Shown in pieces: positions 24,063 to 37,024 of a stretch of 64,000 nucleotides of DNA. The stretch is from an uncultured Hormoscilla sp. GTDB taxonomy: Bacteria > Cyanobacteriota > Cyanobacteriia > Cyanobacteriales > Desertifilaceae. The notes under the pieces were generated by a model. The model did no database searches. It saw only the letters and a list, made by a program, of their open reading frames with translations, and was not told the origin of the DNA. How positions within the stretch are numbered: the stretch's first letter is position 1; every line of letters begins with the position of its first letter. The DNA is taken from NCBI GenBank assembly GCA_963921275.4, contig OZ001293.3, forward strand, positions 3,648,001 through 3,712,000, in the 5' to 3' direction. The position numbers and the translations under genes are program-made.

Positions 24063-24350
24063 CTACCTATTGAGTATACTACAGATCAGTTCCCCGGCAC
24101 CATTGGACTCGAAGGGGACGACGGTTTTGTCTGTGCGCACCCGCATCCGATCGCGACAATTATATACCTCCATCGGTCGGACTACACCGTTGACACTCAC
24201 AGATGCCCTGTACTCCCAGTAATACTTAGCGCTCCGCTCGATCCTGATGATGCATATTCAGTTATCATGGTAGCTGCGGCAAGGGTCGGCTTCCGCAGGT
24301 AGTGCTACAGCTAACATCATTAACAGCACCGATGGCATTCTTTTTCGCAC
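24063..24350 (-). pseudogene. Secreted hypothetical protein with an internal stop
   Basis: Signal-like MLAVALPAEA, CRSYHDN*ICIIRIERSAKYYWEYRA..YNCRDR..GAGELICSILNR*. Confidence 0.6.
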
Positions 24351-24417
24351 TAACTCCCAAGTTTTCACGACTTTAACCAGTTATCTGTTGACTATATAAT
24401 CTTACTTTATCTGCAAT

Positions 24418-24909
24418 ATGGAACCAAGTCAACCCCCATCTCCAACTGACGGACTCCACCTGAAGCGCCCCTGCTTGATGGTTGCCGATCTGGAGCGATC
24501 GCTCTTAATTTACCGAGATATTTTAGGTTTTCGGCTTGATTATGTCGGCGATGCTTCCCCCAACTCTTACCTCTATAAAGCATTTCAATTTCCTCAAGAG
24601 GCGCAATTAAAATTTGCGGCCCTCAGTACCAAATACGAACCCCGAGCGCTGGCCTTAACGGAAGTCAAGGGCATCCAACTTCCCACTCCAACTCCTCCCT
24701 ATCGCGCCGCTACTGTCATGCGAGTACCCAACATTGCTTCCACCATCCAAAAGATTCGCGATCTGGGACTAGAGGCGATCGAACCCAGTTTCTTCACCGC
24801 ACCCCCTAACCTCAGCTTTACCGAACAAGCATTTTGCGATTACGACTGTCATCTGATTGTCCTTTACGAAGTTAAACAAAGCGATAATTTTACTCCCGAG
24901 GGAGATTGA
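24418..24909 (+). CDS. VOC/glyoxalase-family protein
   Basis: RPCLMVADLERSLLIYRDILGF..AFCDYDCHLIVLYE. Confidence 0.8.
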   Translation: MEPSQPPSPTDGLHLKRPCLMVADLERSLLIYRDILGFRLDYVGDASPNSYLYKAFQFPQEAQLKFAALSTKYEPRALALTEVKGIQLPTPTPPYRAATVMRVPNIASTIQKIRDLGLEAIEPSFFTAPPNLSFTEQAFCDYDCHLIVLYEVKQSDNFTPEGD

Positions 24910-25220
24910 GATCCCTGCTGCGAGGGTCTAGAAACCAAGTTCTTGGGAAAAACCTGATTTCTTAATTCTGGCGACGATCTGTTTAGAGGAACTGTGATGG
25001 TTTTTCTGGTTCAGTTACCTGGCGAACCTGGTCCAATTCTAATTTCAATAGCTCAGCCACTTCCTCGAAAGAAAAACCTCGCTCCAACATCAGTGGCACC
25101 ACTTCTAATTTACCTTCTAAACGACCTTTTGCAAGACCAACTTCTTCGCCTTCTTGTCAATATACCCGTATCAGTTGATCGGAATTTACCAACAATCTAT
25201 ATGGTTTCGTTTTCTCCACC

Positions 25221-25759
25221 GTAGTTAGTGTTAGTCTTTGTTGTTGGCTAACATCGTACTCAAAGAACTACCGGGGTAGAGTAGGGACCTAAAGGCATCG
25301 CGCTCCGGATACCAGGGAACGAAGTAACCCCTCGTGAGCTGTCCAACTGGACCAGTCAGGTGTGAAGCGTAAGCCACGAGTGGGAGCCCAAGCCTGCCCC
25401 CAAGAAGCAAATGCCTGGGGTAATGCTTAGGATACGCAGACGTGCGGTGAGGGTGGGTGATAATAGGAAGTCTCAGGTGAAAGTAACTCTAGATATGTTA
25501 TGAGCCCGTCACTTCGGTGATAGAGGAATAGATTACTGGTAAAACGGACAGGATAATGGGTGATACTAAAGGTTTTCCGGCAGCGCCACTCACCAACCAG
25601 GAAAGGAGCCAAATTGCATGAGATAAGGGACAACGGGAGTAATCCAAAAGTTACCTACCAATGACTTGGGCCTACTACCCAGTAGCCGGATGCGGTGAAA
25701 GTCGCTCTTTAGGTTTCGAACGGGAGGGTTCCGAAGCGATTCCCAGGGAGACCCTTAAT
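25221..25759 (+). mobile_element. 5'-truncated ORF-less group II intron, copy F
   Basis: Starts just before the EBS1 hairpin; very similar to 55893..56591; domains V-VI end ACCCTTAAT. Confidence 0.85.
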
Positions 25760-25969
25760 TGAGCCCTCAAAAGCTTACTAGATAAGGCTTTGAGGCCAAT
25801 AGGTTCGGACAAGATACAGTCGCATCAGTACCATCCTTTCATTTTCATGAAGCTCAAACCCTTATAACTACGTTGTCTGTCTGCCCAAAACAGCATGTAT
25901 CTTGTTGAAGCTTAGGGGCTGAAATTCTTACGCTCGTATGGATTTCAGCAGGCATGTCGCCCCCCCAGC

Positions 25970-26595
25970 ACCGGGACCTCAAACCTTCTAATTTAATGCG
26001 ACGGGCTGAAGATGGTAAAATAGTCATCATCGACTTTGGTGCCGTCAAGGAAATCAGCAGCACCCAACTGCAAAATCATCAAAAGCGAACAGTGATGATT
26101 GGTAGTCCCGGATACATGCCCGCAGAGCAATTGAACGGAGATCCGAAATTATGTAGTGATGTTTATGCCGTGGGCATGCTGGGGATCCAAGCTTTAACAG
26201 GAATAGCACCAGATCGCCTGCCCAAAAATCCCCAAGGAGAAGTAGAATGGCTTGATAGCATCAAGGTAAGTCCTGGTTTCGCTCGAGTTTTGGCCTCTAT
26301 GGTGCAGGAAAACTATCGGGTGCGCCTTTCCGACGCCTCCCAAGCATTATCAGCACTGCAGGCGCTCGCACCAGCATCGACAGTAATTTCGGGGAAGACC
26401 CGATCGCCAATAGCATATAAACTAATAATTTTGGTACTGGGATTAATAGGGGCGATCGGGCTAACAATTTACCTCTCATACAACCAACCCGAAGTAGCAC
26501 CAACCCCCGAGGAACAAACCTGCAAAAATCCCCCAGTGGTAAAATGCTGGAAAATTGCGAAGGGAAAATGGAAAATTGCGAATGGAGATGAATAA
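25970..26595 (+). pseudogene. Ser/Thr protein kinase, N-terminally truncated by an IS4-like end
   Basis: HRDLKPSN, DFG, GSPGYMPAEQ, SDVYAVG plus a TM helix; preceded by CATGTCGCCCCCCCAG, matching the TIR of 32496..33711. Confidence 0.85.
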
Positions 26596-26700
26596 GTAAT
26601 CCTCCATTCACAATTAACAATTGACAATTGTCAATTAGGTTTATTTAGCCAAAGCCCGCTCGACCAAAGCAGACAAAGGAATAAACTGAGGAATGGTAGG

Positions 26701-27219
26701 TCATTCTGCGATCGGGGAGGGAGGGTTAGCAGGGTCAATCTTGGTGATTTTGCCCAGGACCGAACTAGGATTTTGAGCATTGCGCGAATTTAAGGTCACC
26801 AGCATATTATCTTCAGTACAGCCCCGTTGCCCCGACTTGAGCACGCAGACAACAGTATATTCCCTGACCTTTCCAGTAGTCAAATCCAAGTCACCCAAGT
26901 TACCCCCATTATCAGAGACAGCCTTACTTAACTTAGAAGAAACAGTTTGGCAGCGTTGGTTGGGGGTCCAGCTAGGACCAAACTCGGTCGTATACCAGTT
27001 AATCACCGGCGCTTGACCGGCACTAGCTTCGACAACGGTTGTCCAAGTACCCCCTTGCTGTACGCACTTGAAAGTAATGGTGCCTCCTGAGGTATCCGTG
27101 GGCACGCTAGTAGTTGGTGTCTCTCCTCCACCATCATTATTATTACAGGCGGCAATTCCAAACAGCATCAAGGTAGCGGCTAAACGTTGAGCAAATTTGC
27201 GTCCAGAAAAAGTAGTCAT
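26701..27219 (-). CDS. COP23-domain lipoprotein
   Basis: Lipobox IAAC; ITFKC..PVINW..F..WTPNQRCQTVS..VVC..GC..LVTL. Confidence 0.8.
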   Translation of the reverse strand: MTTFSGRKFAQRLAATLMLFGIAACNNNDGGGETPTTSVPTDTSGGTITFKCVQQGGTWTTVVEASAGQAPVINWYTTEFGPSWTPNQRCQTVSSKLSKAVSDNGGNLGDLDLTTGKVREYTVVCVLKSGQRGCTEDNMLVTLNSRNAQNPSSVLGKITKIDPANPPSPIAE

Positions 27220-27770
27220 CGTTTCTCTCCCAAAATTTGACTAGAGTTTTATTCTATTATCATCCCCAGATCCCCGATCGCCAGCAAGCCTAGCTAAAAA
27301 ATAATAGAGGAACTCCCCCTGGGACAGGGGGCAAAAAAGCTGAAAACGTTATCCTCTGGTACTTAGGCGTCGATCTGGCGGGCCAGATTCGTCAGCATCC
27401 ACCTCAGGTACGCTACAATCGCTAAACAGCTAGCTAGCTTCGGGACTCCAGATCGAGTGCCTGGTTCCGTAAGTTGCTGACCCCGGCGTCGCCCTCAGAA
27501 ATAGGTGATTTCTGGGAGGTTCCTGCTCAAAGAAAGCAATATCACCGAACCCTGGCTTAAAATTTTTAACCGATATTGCCTCACTGCTAACCAACCAGTC
27601 TACCCCTGGGCGGAAGGATCGGCTAGCATGACTGACGCTGCCCGAACTGTTAGACAGTACCGGTAGTTTCAGGCGGGCATTGCCCACCCTACAACCGGTA
27701 GCGTCAGGTAGCACGATCGCAGATGTAGATGCCTAGCCCACGACGGCCCCCAGTTGCGGATACCTTGAGA

Positions 27771-30700
27771 ATGTATGTTTATCGCACCTCTAAATTTAAT
27801 CAGAAGGCACAGCAGCATAAGATTCAGGCTCAATTAGATAAATTGCCAAACTGTCCCATCAAGACCTGGATCAAGTTCAGGCCCACTTTCAGCGGCTTTT
27901 TCCCTACCTGAAGCGGAAACTAAGGCGTGTCATCAGTTAAGCCAGATGACACAAGCCACCAGATAAATCGCCCCTAAAAAATTGCGAGCGGTTTGATCGT
28001 AACGGGTGGCAATAGCAAGATACAGCATAAGATTGGCAAAAAAGTTTTTGGCGCAGATGGCGAGCTTTGTAGAGATGCCGATCGTAGGAGTGAGGTTCTT
28101 TCCGGTTCCCCTGAGAGGGAATAACCGCTATGGAACAAAGAGGGTGAAGTTTCTGACGGACTCGTTCATCAGCATCATCAGCCTTAGAAGCCAACATGGC
28201 GGAAGCTTCAAGCTCGATGGCGCAGGACATCTGCGCTATCGAGCTCGTGGGCTTGTCGGACTGTCAAAAAGAAGCCCTCCGGATTAAAAAGAGCGTCATA
28301 AGTGGTATGAATCAAAGTACTTAATCGGAGGAGACTTCTACCAATGGCTTGGTCGTTATTGTGTTCAGACTCCTGGCGACAGAGGATTCTTTTTTTTGGC
28401 GCACCGGCACTGTGTTGATAGGCTCTGACTATTGTGGCATCAATCATTCCATACTCGTTATCTGCATCTTCCGCCAACACAAAGAAGATCTTTTCCCACA
28501 CTCTGTTTTTGTTCCCTCGGCTAAACCTCGTATGTACATCTCGTTAGTCTCCAAATCTCTCGGGTAAGTCTGGACACGGGATTCTCGCTTTGTACCGATA
28601 CAGCACTGCTTCCACAAATAGTCGATTATTTTTTGCTGTTCGGACTACATGGCCTTCTCTTCCCGGTAGGAAATCCTTGATTTTTTCCCACTGGTCATTC
28701 AAGGGTGCATATCTATTTTTCTGTCTCTTTCCTTTTCTTCAGTTCATCTATTCTATCCTCTCTTCTTCTAACTGATGACACGCCCTAGACAATAATTACC
28801 GAATATTGAGACGCATTCTCATAATCGATGGGGTTTTAGTGCTGTGCCTGCTAGATATCTTTAAGCGGGGAGGCAAAGAGTACCAACATTTCATCTCCGA
28901 TCCGACGGGGTTCGGCCAACAGTATCTCGACCCTCAGTCTCTGAAGGCTTCACTGCGCAGTTGGCTGACCGAACGACTGGCGGCAGCAGGGCCACTTCTT
29001 GAAGTTCGCCCCCTACTGCAAGCACAAGCAGATTTACTGCCCTGGCTAGACCCCCCAGGCTGGGAAAATCATACCGATGGGGTGGTCATCTATGAAAGTC
29101 AAGAGTGGCAAATCCAGTTCTTGTCAAGAAATCCAACAGGAAGTCCAAATCTATACTCGCATCCTCGATCGCATTGCCCACGCCCCCAGCTCTGCCGAAG
29201 AAGCCACAGCCTGGTCAGGGGTGCAGCTGTACGGCGAAGATAACCGCTACGTCCTCTTTAGCCGCATGCAGGCTGCCGATCGCGATCGGCAAGTAATATT
29301 TTTACTGGCTCCCTTTACTGAGAAACCATCAGCATCCTCTGTCTCTCGGGTAGTGCGAGAAGCGCTTTCGGGAGACACAGCAGAAATCGCCCAAGTCGCG
29401 GAAACAACCAATTTGGGAGAGATAGACGACCTCACCTCCCTGGCCCAGGCAAAGCCGTGTGCCTATCCCAGCTACTTACTAGCCAAAGAAAATTGGCTAT
29501 TGGCCGCCGGGTCAAAGCAGGTAAATCTGGCCCTCTCAGCCGAAGAAGAGGAAATTCTTTACCCAGAGACGACAGCAGTTGCTGGCAATGGGCATAAGTT
29601 ACTACCCTTATTTCTGAACGGGCGGGCAGGTAGCGGCAAGTCTACCATGCTCTTCTATTTGTTTGCCGACTACTGCTACCGCAAAACAGAATCAGGTCAA
29701 AAGCTCCAGAGTAACCCTTTATTTTTAACCTACAATGATCGCCTGCTATAAGTAGCGAAAGATTGGGTGCAGCAACTGCTGGCCAAGCATCACCGGTTTG
29801 TCGCCGAGAGGCAAGAAGGGCAGAAAATTCCCGACATCAGTAGTTATTTCCAGCCCTTTCAGAAATTTCTCTTGCACCAACTGCCCAAAGAAGTGGGAGG
29901 GCAATACAATTTAGACAAATACATTTCATTTCATCGCTTCAAGCAACATTACCAGAGCTGTCGGCTGCGGCAAGCCCAGAAATATTCTCCCGAACATGCT
30001 TGGCACGCGATCAGAACCTTTATCAAAGGGTATGGGCGATCTCCGATGACCCCAGAAGAATAGCGAGAGGAGGTGCCGCGCAAGGAACAGACAGTGGGGT
30101 ATGACCAATTTCAGGAAATCTACGAAATCTACAATCAATGGTATAAAATCCCGATCGCAAAGTCAGGTTATTGGGACGATCAAGACCTGATCTTTAAGGT
30201 GCTAGAGTTAGAATGCTATAGTCCGGAATACACGGCGATATTTTGCGACGAGGCGCAAGATTTCACCAGGCTAGAATTGCAACTGATCGTGCGGCTGTCG
30301 GTGTTCTCACAGTACAACCTCGGATACCAACCAATTCAGTGTTTACCCTTCGCCTTTGCTGGGGATCCGTTCCAGACATTGAACCCCACAGGCTTTAGTT
30401 GGGAAAGCTTTAAGGCGGCATTTCACAATGAAGTAATTACCGCCCTCGACCCGGCAGGAGAATGGCATCTGGAGATGAATTTTCAAGAGTTGAAGTCCAA
30501 TTATCGCTCTTGCTCGCCAATCGTGCAATTCAACAATCCGATCCAGCTATGGCGGCATCTGCTGTTTAACCAGCGGGAACTGAAGCCGCAAACAGCATGG
30601 AAGCAGGGAGAATTAGCGCCGCAAAAGTTAATCGTGGGGGAGAATATCTCCCCAGAAGAACTGCTGGGCTATGTCCGAGATACGATCATAATTATCCCGT

Positions 30701-31722
30701 GCGAAGAAGGAGAGGAAATAGCTTATATCAAGCAAGATGAAGTGCTCGACAAAATAGTAGAATCTCAGTCACACCCTTCGATGTCTCTGGGTGAGGTGTC
30801 TCCTGGTCGCTTGATGTCCCCGGGGAGCGCTATTCGCACAAAAGCGGGGACATCGTAGTCGCACTACCCAGGAGACACCTCACAGCACGAGCACTACCCC
30901 AGAGACATCGCCGAAAAATGTGTTGAGCCCGATCGCGGCGAAGGGGTTAGAGTTCAAAAGGGTGATCCTGTATAAGTTTGGAGAAGCCTGCGATGGGGGA
31001 GTATGGAAATACCTGAACATGTCTCATCAGGAGAGGAACGGTTTGGGACCGACCCTGGAAGTAGAATATTTTTTCAACAAGCTGTATGTGGCGGCGTCGA
31101 GAGCAATAGAGCGTCTATTTGTGGTAGATTCGGCGACAGGAGACGCGCAGTTGTGGATATATGCGAGTAATACAAATGATTACGAGAAATTAATCGCCGA
31201 CAGAAAGGAATGGAACTCACAGGTGCGTCCCCTGACGATCGGGACAGCGGAAAGCGCCCAGGAGTTACAGGAAGATGACCCAGAATCGATCGCCAAAGAG
31301 TTCGAAGAGGAAGGATTGAATTGCCGGGTCGGCCAACCCGATCAGACGTGCCAAAGGTTACTACAGGCGCCTTAACAATAGTAGAAAGGCAGAGATATGT
31401 GAAGCCTGGGCCCTGAAATTTGAAGAGGAGTGGCACGCCGCGGGCCATAGCTTCGGGAAACTGGGTGAGATAGATGAAGCGTTCGATTGCTTCTGGCAGG
31501 GGTTATGCTGGTCAGAGTTAGTAGCATGGTAAGTGGTTGTGCAAAATTATTTTTATATCGAATCCGCTCTTTACGCTTGCTCTGTGAGGATCTCATATAA
31601 AAATAATTTTGTCTATGTACTTACGAGCAACATGGCGATCGCAAGCAGGAGGTGCGTCCCCTAGTAGAGTTCATGGCAGGGGAGCAGAAGCAGTGGCAGC
31701 ATATCGAGACTTTTACCCAATA
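27771..31722 (+). pseudogene. Large SF1 (UvrD-like) helicase with a possible RelE-like N-terminal domain, multiply disrupted
   Basis: GRAGSGKST, LTYN, DEAQD, AGDPFQ, NYRS, AKGLEF, LYVAASRA; stops at 29749 and 30061, IS5 insertion, 130-bp palindromic insertion, frameshifts. Confidence 0.85.
27923..28785 (-). mobile_element. IS5-family element, copy b1 (degraded)
   Basis: TIRs (A/G)GGCGTGTCATCAGTTA with TA duplication; fragmented transposase. Confidence 0.9.
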
Positions 31723-31787
31723 GATCCTTGACAAAAAATTATATATCAGTTATACTATAGTTAGTCAATTTTACAGGGGATGAAGCC

Positions 31788-32330
31788 ATGTTAACAGAAA
31801 AAGTGAAAGCCACAATAAAAGATGCAGCCAAAAAACTGACCGGAGTGAAAAAAAGGGCATTTATGGCGCAAGTGACTTGATATTATTTTGATGGGTCTGC
31901 CATAAGGCAGAAACCTATCTAGGATGGCAAAGATTAACGGTAAAAAAGGGACAAAAAGAACGAGAAACTGGAATAAATTATCTAGAAAATTATCAAGGTA
32001 TAGGTCGGAATAAAACGGGATAAAAATTGCCTTCTATTGAAGTTGATATCAAAAGTATAGTAGAGTCTTAAAGTCAAGCCTAGCCGAAATTTAAAACAAC
32101 ATTTGCTTATGCTATAGTGAATGCAAGACAGGTAAGAGAAGCTCTGATAAATGAAAAAGGATATACTTCCGAAGAGTTTTACCTGGACAAGTCACAATTG
32201 GATTCATATTAAATAGAATAGGTTACAGTTTGAAAAAAACACAAAAAACGAAACCGCTAAAAAAAATCCCGGAAACTGATGAAATATTTGCAAATGTAGC
32301 AGCTGTGTCACTTGACAAGTATGAGATACT
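31788..32330 (+). pseudogene. ISAzo13-family transposase 5' fragment
   Basis: MLTEKVKATIKDAAKKLTGVKKRAFMAQVT*..GYSLKKTQKTKPLKKIPETDEIFANV, many stops. Confidence 0.75.
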
Positions 32331-32495
32331 AGAGCGTCGGTCCAGTAGAGGGGGTGTAACTGCTCACCGCAATAGAGACAGCTTATTGAAAATGTCGAGC
32401 TGGCGATCGGCATTTCTGTTTGCTCGCGGGAGGTACATCCCGCTCAACTGTGCTCACCAGACCACGCGCAATTCTTACAGGATGTAGATTTGAAC

Positions 32496-33711
32496 CTGGG
32501 GGGGCGACATGAAGGCTAGGATGCAGACCTGATAAGGCTTACAGCCTTCTTGTCTCGTGCATAATCAAGCTTCTTTTCTGGACTTAACTTCATTAATTCA
32601 TCTACAATATCGGCATAAAAATCTACCGATTCAAGCCAATCATTGCCTCTGGAACCTATATAAAATGTGCTGTGTCGTCTTTCGTTTTGCTTCTTTTACG
32701 CGACCAACGTAACAAGCAACACCAGATGAATTAATTTTTTCTCCCATGATAATTGCGCTACTGTAAGCAAGAGTAATTAAGAGAATCAAAACCATTAAGC
32801 GCTCGCCTGTCACTCCTGTGCTTTCAATATTGTATCCACCACTCGTCTCTAAACATTTATTCGATTCCAAATCCTTTTTCATAGACAAGTAGATGCTAAC
32901 TCTAAACTCCCCAAGTTACTGAGAATAAACCAGCCTTCTTCTGCCATCCTCGATATTTTCTTTTCCATTTGCTGTTAGCCCCTTGAAATCCTTTAGTTTT
33001 GGTAATTTTTACTCCCTTAAAATATAATGACATTCCCGGAGCTAATCCTAAATCTTGTAGCTTTTTCCACGGCTTCTATCGAGATATATTCGTTCTTGCG
33101 GAGTGCAAAGTACCCGACTGCCGCCAAGTCAACATTACAAAACTCCCGGTCTCACCACTACTTTATAGTTACTAAGTAAATCTAAAACTTTAGAGATTAC
33201 TTGTTTTTGCTCTGATAAATTACTACTTCCTTTCTTGTTCAAGAGCTCAAAGTAAATTGGGATTGTTCGATTATTGAAAGCTCACCATTAATAAATTTAT
33301 ACAGCCCGCGTCCGAGATGACTTCAACAACATCTTTATTAACTAAAAATAACTGTAGCAATTTCATCAAAATTGGAAACCAGATAGTTTCTATCTTCAAA
33401 GAAGGCAATGAAATAAACCCTTGAAGCTTTTTACGGCGACTTTCAAATTTAATTGGCTGCGGAAATAAATTGGCAAGTTCTTCCAATCCTATCCAACGAT
33501 GCTCGGCGAGCAGAGAAATTAAAATTATCATGCAGGTAATATTGAGAGCCTGTGAAGTGTTTTTTGAGGTGCTCTTGGTATAATTCAGGTAATAATTTCA
33601 TAATTTTCATCTATGATGAACTTGACTATGATAGCAGGTCCATCTTTTGAGGTCAAGTTTGTCTCAATCCCTTATCCTGTAAGGCTTTCAGCAGGCATGT
33701 CGCTCCCCCAG
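32496..33711 (-). mobile_element. IS4-family element (degraded)
   Basis: TIRs CTGGGGGGGCGACATG / CATGTCGCTCCCCCAG; 9-bp TSD GATTTGAAC/GATTTGAGC; fragments FESRRKKLQ, SGGYNIE. Confidence 0.85.
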
Positions 33712-33916
33712 GATTTGAGCTCAAAAGACTATTGCACAACTACCGCTCAAGCATAGGAAGTGATTTCAGCGGTCGCGCATCTCCACTGCCGATTGGCCTG
33801 ATAGGCCAAATCGTGGGAACCATTTACTCATAAGCGTTGAGCGCCATAATGTCCATTTTGTCAAGATGTAATTGAAATCCTGAACAGCTTATTTTTGCTC
33901 CAGAGGATGTATACTA

Positions 33917-35634
33917 GAGCGTCGGTCCAGTAGAAGGGCTTGACAAATAAATCAAAATCTGGTACGAGTCAACCAAGTCTTAAAATTCATACAGTTTTCT
34001 CTTGAGTTGTTGCTGACATCCGTAGCCATTACATGAAGATTATGTACAACAGCCATCCGCCGTAAATCAAAAAGGTTCTTACGAATTCCCAGATAACGCG
34101 CGCGCTCACCCTGCCACTGACCGATGTGAGCTAGGCGATGTTCTACTGTTACTCCAAGAAAGTAGTTTTGAGCGACCTGATGGTGTTTTTTGACCTTCAC
34201 GTAATTCTTCCAATAGAGACTCATCCGGATGAATAGAAACCGTGCGACCTTTGCGGTTAGTAGTGCATTGAGAACGTCAGGGACAAATCTCACACTTATC
34301 GCGAGGAAACTAAACCATTTTTCCTTCCTGAAAAGACACCGATACTCCATTAGGACAGCGAATTAATTGTTTTTTCCAGTCGAGAACAAAAGCTTTTTTC
34401 TCAAATTTTTCCCCGTACCCGCCAAGCCTTGCAAATTATTTTTAAATTATCGTCGCGTTCTTTAACAAAATTACTATTAAGATATCCTCGAGCTATATGT
34501 AATTCTTCTAATGTCACTTGTTGAGCTTCTAAATCTGAGGCTATAGCTTCTGTAACCTGAGATTCAAGTACATTTGCTGGTGTCACGCTCGCACTAAGAG
34601 TCTAAGTCCTTAAGAATATGACGTTTGTAACCATCAAACCGTTTACTACGACTTTTTCGTCCATGACGTTCGTCTTCAATTGCAATGCGCCGATCTTTAG
34701 CCACGCCCTTACGGAGCTTTGGGTCGCCGTTTTCTGTTACCTCCACCTCTTGCGCTTCAAGTTGTCTTGCTGCTTTCAGACTTTTGTTGACAGCATTCAT
34801 AGTTGGGTCATCCAAGCGCTCTTGTTGTGCAACCCACAACTCAACTTCATTAAGGGTTTGAAGAATCGTCTTTAAAGCTTCTGTTCTCGCTTGTGGAGCA
34901 TCCCAATCCTTATCTAATGCTGCTTTGAGACTATATTCAGCCATAAGAGCAGCTCCTGCTTGTGAGGCGAGCGCCTCATACTCTTGCTGCTGCTGATGGG
35001 CAATTAATTCTCATGCTTTTCGTAAGGCATGACCCAATAGATTGTAGGTATCTTCGACTCTTGCTGCTCCCCACAAAGGACTTGAATCTAATGCTGCTCT
35101 CAGGGTTCGCGAACTGAATCCCTCTTTTTGTTCGACCATTTCTATTGTGCGTTCTACTAAACGGAGATCGCCTTCGGATGCAATCAATGCAGCACGAAAT
35201 CTGACAAGTGTTCCTTTGCCAAATGGTGCGCGCTCGCAGTCTAGGCAGTCCAACAGCAGTTGCCACCGCCTGTCCATAATCAGAGCTTCTATGACTTCAT
35301 CATCTGAAACTCCCGTGTAAGCTTGTAAAATGATAGCTAAGGCTAGTTGAGCCGGTGGTACTGGACAAAAGCCAACTGTGCTATCCTTATAAATGGTCGC
35401 TAGTTCTTAAAGGAAGCTGTTCTGAAAATAATTCATGACGGTTCTATCTTAAAAGTAGGAAGAGTTTAGCTTTTCGGATCCGTTTGGCCACTTGTTGCTC
35501 GGCGCTTGAAAGTTCAATTGGGGGATTCCAGAGGACTGGACGCATATGTGGACTCCTGGAGACAGATTTACATGTTTTTTTATTATCAGCACATTTTCTT
35601 CTTTTTGTCAACCCCCTCTACTGGACCGACGCTC
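33917..35634 (-). mobile_element. IS1182-family element, copy 1 (degraded)
   Basis: TIRs GAGCGTCGGTCCAGTAG in CTAG context; fragments LDSSPLWGA, HGRKSRSKRFDGYKRH, VEHRLAHIGQWQG. Confidence 0.85.
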
Positions 35635-37024
35635 TAGCTTGTATGACATATACTGCTGCATCACAGACCAGGCCACTGATAGAAGCCGTCGAACCTGACC
35701 AGATGGCGAAATATGTGCTGCTGGTCTCCTGGATGATTAAGCAGCAGCAACTCCTCAAACAACAGCAGGACCGTCTAGAGAAGCAACAAAGGGAACTGGA
35801 TGCTCTCAAGGAGGAAAACGCACAACTCTCCGATGAGCTGAACAAACTGAAAAAGCGCTCATCTCAAAACAGTTCTGTCCCCCCCTCACAAGACCTGATT
35901 AACTGAACAGTGCAAAGTTATAGCTGGGATTGCGCAGACTAAAGTTAACAGACAAGCCTCTCGGTCAAAGCACCCCGTTGTTGCCGCCGATAGCGCTGCC
36001 AGTGGCCGGTGCCCCCAAGAAAATCCAACAAGTCGTAGAGCTGATAGAGCAGCCGGTTGAAATCCGGGAATATCAACGAGGACTATGCCAATGCCAGTCA
36101 TGTGGGTGGTCTGGATATGCTCCCTTGCCGTGGGGTATAAAGGAAGGTTTTATCTATGGAGGCCGGCTTAGTAGCGTTGTGGGCTGGCTGGGGTACGGTA
36201 GCAACCTGACATGGCGTAAACAAGAGTATTTTGTAGAACACGTCTTGGGTGTACCAATTTCCCAAGGTAGTTTGGCGAAGATGCACCAGTGGTTTACAGA
36301 AAGCTTGGAGCCTTGTTATCAACAGTGGTTAGCCTATGTGCAACACAAACCAGCGGTGCGGTGTGTGGATGAGACCACTTATTGCATTGATGGGATCAAG
36401 TATTGGCTATGGGTGGCTACCAGTGACAAAATATGCGTGTTGCTTTTGGCTCCAACACGTAGTAGCGCTGAACTGAAGCAGTTACTTGGAGAAAACTTTT
36501 CGGGAATTCTCACAAGTGATTGTTTTAGTGCCTATGGTCCACAGGTAGCAGCAGCGAAACAGAAATGCTTGGCCCATTTAGAACGGGACTTGGAAGCGCT
36601 ATTAACCAGTCGCTTTGCTGCCAATGTTGATTTTGCACAGAAAGTCAAGGAAGTTTTAACGACAGCTAGAAAAGCGTATCAGGACTATCACACATGTGTA
36701 TCTACTCTTGAACAACTCGGACGAACACGTCCAAGAGTAGAAGCTCAACTACAAGCAATTTTGGAAAACCCTCCAGTTTCCGGATGGCCTGCCGACGCCC
36801 AAAGACTTGTCAATAGACTCAAGCGTCATTGGAATGAATGGTTCACTTTTTTAACTTTACCAGACGTTAAACCTGATAATAATGATGCTGAACGAGCTTT
36901 GCGTTCGGTAGTAGTACATCGCCAAGTCAGCGGTGGCGCCAGAAGTGATTGGGGAGCCAAGTTAGTCGCTCAAATGTTTAGCTTTTTAGAGACTATGCGA
37001 TTGCAAGGAGCATCACCGATAGCC

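Noticed and set aside
27430..27714. 94-aa minus-strand ORF
   Set aside because: Includes a REP-like palindrome and has no protein motif.
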